Shown here: positions 53,981 through 64,000 of the stretch, piece after piece
Position numbering within the stretch: position 1 is the first letter of the stretch
Layout: every line of letters starts with the position of its first letter
NCBI GenBank assembly: GCA_044892525.1
Contig: CM097885.1
Coordinates: 234,796,001 to 234,860,000 of the forward strand
Source: Schmidtea polychroa
Taxonomy: Eukaryota
Direction of reading: 5' to 3'
Length of the DNA: 64,000 nt
Program-made: the position numbers and the translations under genes
The notes under the pieces: model-generated
Databases searched by the model: none
Told to the model about the DNA's origin: nothing
Seen by the model: the letters and a program-made list of their open reading frames with translations, nothing else

Positions 53981-54342
53981 TAAATTAACTAAAACCCAAC
54001 AAAATGCAGAACTTAATTAATTTTAGGTGCCAATAAATCTAGAAAAAGTTTTAAAAAATATGAAAAAAACATCGGTCATGGTGCATAACTAGCAAATTTC
54101 TTGATATGCCCATGTTGGAAACAGGCTCGACATCACTGTCATAGATAATAATAATAATAAAAAGAAAATTAATAATAGACGCTTGTTTCTCGATAACTGC
54201 ATATTTTGAAACTAAAATAATATGATAAATATTGTAAACACATGCCCCAAAAATTTATTAATGGTAAATTTTTGGTAATATTTTTCTTTTAATCAAGACT
54301 TAACTTCTAGCTTATCTATATTAAAAGTATTCTTCCACCGAC

Positions 54343-54379
<37 letters not shown>

Positions 54380-55065
54380 GACTATGTTGAATTTATTTAA
54401 TTTAAGTCAAACTAATGTTGTATATGCATTTATTGCTCATATAGAAATATAATAAAACAAAAAATGCATCTGTACGATGTGTTGATTTTCTAAAAATACT
54501 CGGGGCAAAATTTTTCAAGTAAAGAATATAGCTTGAATATAACTACTAAAATAGTCATTTAATTTTCTAATTTATTTCTACAAGATTTGTTATAAACAAA
54601 AGCCAGTAAGTTATTATGAAAATTAATCCTATAAATAATTTTCTTATATTTTACTAGTAGTAATATTTAAATTCTACGAAATATTTGAGAATGTATTTTT
54701 TTATTTTAATTCGAAATAATAATTAGAGGGTATTCCATATATAATTCGGGAAAGCTGTTAAATAAGCTAAAAAGCTTCAATAGATTATTATATTTATTAA
54801 TTAATAAAAATAACCACGATACTTGTTTTTTTCTTAATTTGATTTTTAAAATTTTTATATTTTCTGAAAATGCCAGAAAAATTATAATTTTATAAATTTT
54901 TGAAAAGTATTAATACTTTTCAAACTTATCTTCAAACATTGCGAATAGTAATATATTTACTATAATCCCTTTTAATATTCACGGCTGCACGTTTTATATC
55001 TAAAATGTGTGTAAGTTAAGAACATTCGAATAGTCCTAATTGTAGAATTATTTAAACATATTTAA

Positions 55066-55282
55066 CCCTGCAGAGCGCGCGCTAAAAAAATTACATGGAT
55101 ACGCGCGTTGGGTCTCACAGACCCAATATTGTTTTCTCATGATTTATAGACTTATTGATTGGCAAAATAAAGCAATATTAAATTTTAAAAGATTTATTAC
55201 TTTATAAACAAGCTTTTACATTCAAAATACACGCAAAAAAAGATCGTCTGGGTCTGTGAGACCCAACGCGCCCTCTGGAGGG
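55066..55282. mobile_element. piggyBac MITE
   Basis: TTAA|CCCTGCAGAGCGCGC ... GCGCCCTCTGGAGGG|TTAA; subterminal IR CGCGTTGGGTCTCACAGACCCA / TGGGTCTGTGAGACCCAACGCG. Confidence 0.92.
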
Positions 55283-55505
55283 TTAAATATTTAAACGGAA
55301 TTAATATTACATTTGTAATCAATAAAAACAAAATGTGCAAAATAATGACAACTAATTTTTCTGAAATTTTATATCAATAAAAAAAAAGTTTTTATTTGCG
55401 CTATTCTCAACCAGATGAAAAAAAATATTATTTTATTTCAGTAGATGAGACAATATTAAAATGATAATTAATAATTAATATTCAATCTCCAGGAAGTAGA
55501 GATTA

Positions 55506-55817
<312 letters not shown>

Positions 55818-55859
55818 TCATATTGTTAATAACATTTTACATTTAATTCATAATATTAC

Positions 55860-56035
55860 TTGCCATCCTTTTTGATTCATTTTGTAATATGGAAAGTTTT
55901 TACTGATATATCGATATATTTCACTCAAAGTCATTTGCTGAGATTCTTCACTTACTATTGCCTGAATAATGAGTTGTGCGTACGAATATGGAGGTTTGAC
56001 AGTTTCAGTGCCTTGATCAGTTGGAGAATGTACAA
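55860..56035 (-). CDS. foxK: FoxK-class forkhead transcription factor, exon with N-half of forkhead domain
   Basis: [54 protein letters not shown] and KGWQ are FoxK-like; acceptor TTGTAG, donor GTAATA; in-frame stop upstream means a splice is needed. Upstream (FHA) exons not found in window. Confidence 0.9.
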
Positions 56036-57184
56036 CTACAATAGATTTATTAGAATTAACAAAATAATTATTAGTTTGGCAAAATCAGGCACGACTCAGC
56101 GTAAAACTTTGAATAAAAAAGTAAAAACTGAATAAATAAACTCTTAAAGATTTTTTCCAAACGACATCAGAAAAAGAAGATTTAAAACATATTAATGATT
56201 GATGTGTAATCAAACGAAAAGAAATGAAACTGAAAATAGTCTATCGATTGTGAAAAAGATAAAATATATAACTCATACAACTTTGAAACTTACAAAAATA
56301 TTCACTTCTTAAATATAAAAATATTTAGTGGTGAGGCAAAATTGAAGATGCAGAGTATGAAAGATTATGATATGCAGAAAATTCATCTTGAAAATAGTCT
56401 TCAAGGAGGAACTAATCCTTTTAGCAATTAATTATGACTGTCAAGAATTATATTTACAAAACTAGTCTGGTTTTCACAAGTTATTGTCTCGAGCTCAAAA
56501 AAGAGATAGAGCTAATAGAAAAAAAAGAGTGACATAAGCTTTAACATAAACCACATTAATTTTGTTAAAACCTATGCATCTTGAATTGCTTTGTAGGAGC
56601 TTCAAGAAAGATGTAATTCTTAGGTTTGTATGTACTAGCTATTAATTGGCATATATGACTAGAAAATTGTCAAAATTTCGATAAAAATGAATGTTTTCTT
56701 ACTCTATATCATCCTACATAAATTTTTACATTTCAATATTAATTTCATAATTTATAATTTTAAAATTTCCAAAAGTCGCAAAAAATAATTTATTTAGTTC
56801 TTTTAATGTTTAAGAAAAGTCATTTAATTGAAAATTGACTGAAACAGTTACAAATTTGCTAAATGTTTTAGCGTGAATTAATCTGAAGAAATATATAATT
56901 TATATTAATGCTTTTTGTTTAAATCAATTAATATAACAGCATTAATAAAGCTCAGTAAATTAAAAGCAAAAATTACAATAAATTTCATTATATTTTGCAT
57001 AATCAAATGATTGTATAAAGGTATATGTATTTATTTATTGTATAAGGAGACTAATTAAACAAATTTACGTTCAATTCTGAATTAGATTAAAAAAATATTT
57101 TTAGAATTAAATGAACTAACGTTAAATTAAAACTTAATTAAAGTCATATAAAAATCTTGCATTGTTAATTACACATTGTGATTA

Positions 57185-57894
57185 TCTTATATATAATTAT
57201 GAATGTATGTATGTTTGTTACAATTTCTAAATACGGAAATTTTTAAATTGAATCCAAAATAAAAATCCTTATAAATCGTTATTATTACAAAAAAGTCACC
57301 TTGCTCCATTTAAATTCTTAGGTTAAGTCTGTTCAATTCAGATCAGCACTAATGTGAGTGACCATTAAAAAAATACAGTAATTTTTATTTTTTGTCTAAT
57401 CGTTCACTAAATACCTTTATTGCATTACATTAACATCAAGCATCATGTCTTGCAATGTATAAAACTGTATCTGTCTATCTGTTCACTATTATAATCTATA
57501 GATATAAAAAAATTAGTTCTTTATTATCATAGATAAAAAACTCTGAATCATTTTAAAATCATTATATTGCAATAAATTTTATTTCCCTTATAATGTTATC
57601 CAAAAGACAAATGCCAATTGGTTCTGTTAATTTTTCTGACAAAAGAGCAGAAAATCGAATGGCAAATGAAACCCCATTGCAGCAACAAGAAAGACTGGGC
57701 TGGCTTAGAACGCGGGCTGCTACAGTAAGAGCAAACGAAACCCTACATAAGCGACAAGCTAGACTTTCAGACATGAGAACTCAGGTTGCTACAGAAAGAG
57801 CAAACGAGACTTTTGAAGATTCAAGTGCATTTAATAAAATATAGCAACTTACTAAACGACTTATGTGCCGGAGCAACGCCGGTAGCCCAGCTAG
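57185..57894 (+). mobile_element. Non-autonomous Helitron retaining STPR-like repeat ORF
   Basis: A|TCTTATATATAAT + (TGTA/TGTT)n at 5' end; 3' hairpin CCGGAGCAACGCCGG then CAGCTAG|T; ORF 57593..57844 has 23-aa ANET repeats. Confidence 0.88.
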
Positions 57895-60213
57895 TGTATA
57901 ATAATTTAATGTTACTATAAAAAATTCATTTGTTTAATTTTTATAAAAATAATATATAATTTTTAAACAAAAGTTATACTTTATTTGACTAATGATTTAA
58001 TTTAAAAAATTTGGAATCGAGAAACAAAACTTTTACTAACATCGAATTTATTTATATTTATGTAATAAACAAAATACACCACTTCATCTAATATCATAAA
58101 ATAGGAAGGTTATCAAAATTATTTATATATTACTATTCAAGCCATTTCATTTGATAAACCGCACGCATGTATTGTATCTAATTAGACAGTAACTACTAAA
58201 GTCTTAGTGACCCCAGACACAGATCACCGTCAAATATATGACTTTTCGCTTTCTTTATTTCATTTTGAAAGTCCATACAAAATTTTATTGCCCTTTTTAT
58301 ATTTTTCGTGAGTTTTCGACATGAAAGACAAACACAAAATCAACCCTTCCATTTTATACTATAAATTTAACAGTGCCTTGATTTAAACTCGAAAAACCGC
58401 GATGGTTAGATAATGTTTATATTTATTGAAAACGGATAAATTTTGTTTATATTATTTTTGTCAATTAACCAAAAGCATAAAAATACCATGATAATAAAGT
58501 AGGCTATAAATATTTATTATAACGATAAATGTCATTTTATATTTTATATAACAATCTAGTAAAAATTTATATCATTCATCACTACCATCAATTCCGATTG
58601 ACGCTACTCTCACTAATAACTATCAGCACGAGAAAGAAATACAAAAGATTACTTTCTCCCTAAATGCCACGTTCTCAGAATGATGAATTTTTATTTTTAG
58701 AATTCAGAGAAAAATAAATAAATGAAATTCTGGTTAATTAAAAAAAGTGCAGTTGAAAAGCACAAAAAAAGTCACGTTGTCTTGATAAACCGGATAAATG
58801 CTATTATTTATTTAAGAAGAAAAAAAGAAATTATCCATATTCCCAGTTGCATAGAAATTGAACGCGGTTAGAATCTCAAAATCCCGCATAAGATTAAAAA
58901 TAAATAATTTTTTTAACAAGACAACTTTTACACAAATAATTACGAAATGAGTAGTATTAGATTAATTTACAATAAATGGTATGATTCAAAGGAGTTTTGT
59001 ATAAGAATTAGCTGTCAAATGTAGGTATTCTTCAAGGTTGCCAAACATCTCGATCTGAGATCCTAAAAGTTTAGCAACCTTGATATAACAATAAGAATTG
59101 TTCATGTACATTTTAATACACCAAAAATTGAGAAAGAATCATAAAATTATTATAAAACAACATATGAAATATAATTTAAAGCTCGATGATAAATGACCAA
59201 TAAGCAAAACTTGCGTCCCATAAATATAAATTTACATTGTTCTGGAGATTATAGGGAAATTAATCTTAGGTTGACAAGAATTAGTAGCAGTTACTCAACC
59301 GACAAGTTTGATATAATGTCAAAAAAACGAAATAAAATAATAATTTATAATTATTAAATATTGTATATTGAACAAAGAAAAATAAAAGTGCTAGTGAACT
59401 CGGGAAAATACAATATAAATACATTATAAGTATATGCTACATCACGTCATACACATTTCAGTTTTAGATGTCTTATATTCTAAATGAGCGAATAAACTTG
59501 ACATTCTAGCTCGAATTTAAAAAATGGCAATGAAAAAACAAAACGAAATTGTAAAAATAATCATAAGGAAATAATCCTTCGACCCGATATCAATAGTATT
59601 AAAAGAGTATTCGTGTATTTCGAAAATTGCCAACACCTAATTACGATCTACAAAATGCATTAATCGCTTGAGTCCCAAGGGTCAGTAGGAAAATGCTGTT
59701 GAATCGAGCGAATCGGCGCGATATCGCTTGTTTTAATTTTGTCGAAAACAACAAAGCGGTGAGACAATGTTTGTAGAATTCGGTAGAATTCCAATACGCC
59801 CTCATAGAATGTCTTTCAAATGATTAAGTAATTCACTTCTTCAGAGACGAATTTTTAATTTCAATATTAACAAAGCAATTTTAATTTTTATATAAAAAAC
59901 ACTTTGATTATCATATCGATTGGGATTTATTTTCTGGTAAGAAAATTTAGTAAAGATTTTTTATTTTAGTAACAGTTTTGGGAGTTGAAAAAGCATTTCT
60001 ATAGGATTTAAACTAAACCGAAGAGGTAAAGGAAAGATAATACGTCTATTTCGATGCAATAATATATAAACAAATAATTATAACATACATCAACAATTCA
60101 ACCAAAGTTATTTAAAACACTCAACAATGTTGGAAAATATATTTTACTTTACAATTTCAATATTAATAAATTTTTTAATTTTTTATTCTATATTTTTGTT
60201 GAGTATGTTGTGT

Positions 60214-61080
60214 AAGTCGGTATCACTGTCTGACTCCTTTGTGTTCTTTTCGAAATTAAGTAAACAAACCAACACAAAAATCTTTATTCGAGACTAATAC
60301 AGTTACACTTTTGGTAACACTTTTTATTAATTCAACTACACTTGATACAAACCTTTTTTGGTCAGCACTTTTCAATACAACTGTAAATCTTACGTAGGGA
60401 TAAATCTTCCAACGAGAGATGCCCCTTTCTGGTACGCTCAATTTAAATTATTCAATTGACACTAAAGTTTTCTTTGTTACTCTTGCTAAATTTCTCGTTT
60501 CCTTTTCTTCGACCAACTGGCAATTCTGTTTACTTGCTGCCGGTCGCTTTTATACTCATTTTGTAATTGATTTTACTTTGTCAAATTAGTCTGGATCCAA
60601 CTTCACCCCGAGATTCCTCTTGTAGCTCTAATTGTTTTGAGGAATTTGCTCGTCTCCTTTGACGGCTTGCCCCAATTTAATTTTAGTCGGCTGATTTAAT
60701 TGCCTTTCCTAATTTGATTGATAATTCGGGTTCTCTCACATCGCTCGGGTTTTCCATTAGCTCGGGTTCTTCATTAATTAATCAATTTTTTTGTAATTTA
60801 TTCCTTCTATGGACCCCCCCCCCCATTGATTTTATTTTATTATAGTTGAACTCGTCTCATCATTCGGCATCCGCCCATACCAGTTTCTCCCGGAAAATAT
60901 TCATTTTTAATTTCTGATTTTTTTTTAATTAATATTTTGTACTTTAAATTATAATTGTGAAATTGGTGTTTTTATTGATTTTTCACCTCATTTTTGTACC
61001 TCTCTTGTTGAACCCCAACATTTTAAATTATTCTATATTTTAGAAAGTGCAATAGACATGGCTTTAGACTCGCCAAAAAG
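60214..61080 (-). repeat. LTR-like interspersed repeat (relative of 52889-53980)
   Basis: Reverse-complement shared motifs listed for 52889-53980; boundaries approximate. Confidence 0.45.
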
Positions 61081-62269
61081 GGTACTTTATAATTATAAAC
61101 AAAACTTCAATTTAAATAATATTAACATGATTGCTAAGTTATTCAAATAAACACTTTGAAATTAAATCAACTGATCTAATCTTGGCTAAACTTGACCAAA
61201 TTGAATTAATTTACAAATTAATTTTGTTTTCGACTTTGTTCACTTAGTTTCATGAATTGTTTGAAATTCGGCATGGGATTGTTTCCATAATATGAGAATG
61301 TGCGAAATATATTGTAAAAAGACATAAATATATAAAGAAAGATATTAATAGATAGTTTAGAAAGCATTAAAGATGAAGAAAATGTAAAGGATTAATAATA
61401 AAGAAAAAAATAGAATTATAGTGGATGCCGGTGATCAACAACATTTTGCCTTTTTCCGATAGAATAAAAATTGAACGGATGAAAGAAAACATGCTTTGAA
61501 ATTTCCTATTCATTTATATACATATATTTTCTAAAGTACTGTTCAGAAATAATTTTAAATTGCAGGAACATGTGGAAATCTGACAGTAATAAGACATGTT
61601 AAACTTGTTTCTTACGTGTTCAATAGTAAGTAGTTCTTTGTTGGCTTTAGCAAATATTGTTATTTCATTATTATGAAACAAATTAATTTGAATAATACAA
61701 ATTTATAATTAACTATTTAATTATTCATGAGCAATGATTTTTTGTATTATTTAACTTGTTATTATTTAAAACATGACTTTATTTATTTATATATTATACC
61801 TAAAATAAATTTAAATTATGGCTCTTAAAAAATGCTAAAAAATATATAACACGATTATATTTTAACCTTAAAACCGACTATAATCTGGAATTGACACAAA
61901 GTTATTCTAAATAACAGCATCAGTTTCACTAAAAAGTAATAGAAACCCCAAAATCGCACAGAACCTATGATAATGTGTGATGTTATGGTTATTAAATTGT
62001 TTTATCTAGTTATTATTATATAATATTTATATATAATGAGTATTTATATTTATATATAATTATCTATAATGAGTAAGCTGACAACTTATTATCGAGATTA
62101 AAAATATTAAAAAATAAAAAGTTTGATTTAGAAGTATTAATAATTTATGTATTAAACAATTTATGAGTATTAATAGCTTTTTTAAGCCAAAATAAATGCT
62201 TATGAAAGAAAAGAACTCGTGGTATTTCAAATTCACTAAGGTTTGTAGTTTTATCGTTACTAAAAGCTG

Positions 62270-62356
<87 letters not shown>

Positions 62357-62362
62357 GTTATT
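62270..62362. repeat. (TTA)n microsatellite
   Basis: Direct reading. Confidence 0.98.
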
Positions 62363-63489
62363 GTAGTTAATTAGTTTATATCAAGTTGATATTACATTCA
62401 TAACACGTGTATAATATTTGTATATAAACAATCTGAACAACAAGTATACACTTACCCAGGCTATCCCAACAGATTTTTAAACGTGATTCTGCTATGCACT
62501 GATAGTCTACTGTCACAGGCTCATTTTATACAAAATATTTATAAGCAAAAGCATAATAAAATGCATATTAAATTTAACACTAAAATATCCTTGATATAAA
62601 ATTAAAATGACTACAATCTATAATAGTATCCCCTTAACCCAATATTCAAATCATTATGTTCCTAATAACCCATAAATAAACATTGAACCAACCTAAGTTA
62701 CTATATTACCTTATAAACACCTTAAAATTATATAATAATCAAAATTATAAAACGAAAAATTTCAAAGTCGTCAAATACACAAAAATGAGACCAGTAACAA
62801 CATTCTTGAATGCATCAAAGTCTATTTTTGGCTCGCAATAATTTAAAAAAATGCAAAAAATTCTAATTTTTTACTTCTGATCAATATTCATATGCAAGAT
62901 ACCAACTTGAAAATAAGGTCTCTGGAAAGAGAGTGACTTGAACTATCTCAGCTGTCACACAAACAGAGGAAACAAGTATACTTAGTAACTATACTTTGCT
63001 TATAAATCTTCACAAAAGTTCATAACTTAATAACGGATATTCTTCATGGCTTAAATTTTCTTTTGTATGTTTATAGTCAATAGTTTCATATGGCCAAGTG
63101 AAATAGTTTTAATTTATATATTTATTTACTAATGATGGAAAATAAAATTATAGAGATAAAATAATTTAATTGATAATAAATTTACTAAATACGATAAGAA
63201 ATTTCAGTCTTCCCGTCACGATATTCACTGAAATAATGATAAAATCAAAATATGATTAATAGAGTAACCAATTCCAAAAATATCAAATATAAATCAAATT
63301 AAGATATTTTTTTACATCGAAACTGATATCAAAAATCACAAAAAGGTTTGTTGATATTTGGCGCATAAGAAAAAGACATAAAAGTAGGCAGTTAGTGGGC
63401 CTCTGTAGCACGACCATCCGGTACACCCCCGCTAGAAAACTTTTTTCGTTGCCAATTTCTAATTAAATCGCATTTTTCACACTACAGCG

Positions 63490-63770
63490 AGGGGTCTTTT
63501 TGGTCTCAATAATTTTGTACACAGAATTCGGTTGTCACTAAAAAAGCCAAGGTATTTTTAAAGTCTACATAATTTTTTCTATACAAAATCCAACTCTCGT
63601 TAAAAAGCCAAGATATTTTAAGGTCCCACGATTTTTTGTATACAAAATCCGGCTGTCACTAAAAAAACCAAGGTATTTTTAAGGTTTATATAATATTTTC
63701 TATACAAAATCCAGGTCTCATTAAAAAGTCAAAGTATTTTAAGGTCTCTAGATTTTTGTACAAGAATTTA
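63490..63770. repeat. ~60-bp tandem minisatellite, about 4.5 units
   Basis: Recurring TAAAAA(A)GCCAAG.TATTTT.AAGGT...ATTTTT.TATACAAAATCC at ~63539, 63601, 63660, 63722. Confidence 0.85.
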
Positions 63771-64000
63771 TGGTCAAATATTTTGATTAATAGATGGCCA
63801 CGTGAAATGTTGGTAATAATTTTTAAAATATTACACTAATTTACTTAATTTTAAATTATTACCAAAATTTCACATGGCAATTGATTCACCAAAGTCTACT
63901 ACTTAATTTTTTTAAAAATTTTTCAACATTTAATATATTAGGAACAGATTAAAAAACGTTTAGAACTGAACACCAATTTCTATATTGCTTGTAAATGTAT

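Noticed and set aside
59032..59083. Small inverted repeat TCAAGGTTGCCAAAC / GTTTAGCAACCTTGA
   Set aside because: Possibly a tiny hAT relic, but no TSD and too short to support.
63490..63770. Repeat array as possible CRISPR
   Set aside because: Contiguous degenerate tandem units without unique spacers, no cas genes, eukaryotic context.
56100..64000. Upstream FoxK FHA-domain exons
   Set aside because: Looked by eye for IGR / SR.H / GKNG motifs on the minus strand and found none; probably outside the window or too divergent.

Overview
Very AT-rich eukaryotic genomic DNA with long (AAT)n/(AT)n tracts, 44-51 nt minimal introns and kb-scale TE-filled introns. An invertebrate, most likely a planarian flatworm (inference only). 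Host genes, all on the minus strand: (1) the 5' part of VPS35 (retromer), seven exons spliced by hand from ATG 19026 to beyond position 1; (2) the forkhead-domain exons of a FoxK gene (55549-56035), with a probable further exon at 42692-42854; (3) an intact, intronless 268-aa PIM-like kinase with non-canonical motifs (no Gly loop, HLD, DYE), probably inside a FoxK intron. Most of the rest is transposon-derived: hAT (several subgroups, many with TIRs/8-bp TSDs), pogo/Tigger, IS630-Tc1, piggyBac, Merlin, Helitrons (one with 23-aa STPR-like repeats), a compact 3.56-kb Gypsy-type LTR element, and Penelope-like elements. The most notable signal is a Penelope-associated variant minimal hammerhead-ribozyme motif and a family of Penelope-derived fold-back remnants sharing the same arm mismatch. 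No tRNA/rRNA genes, CRISPR arrays or prokaryotic systems were seen, and I cannot claim a clearly new biological system. Family assignments come from motif recognition, not database searches.
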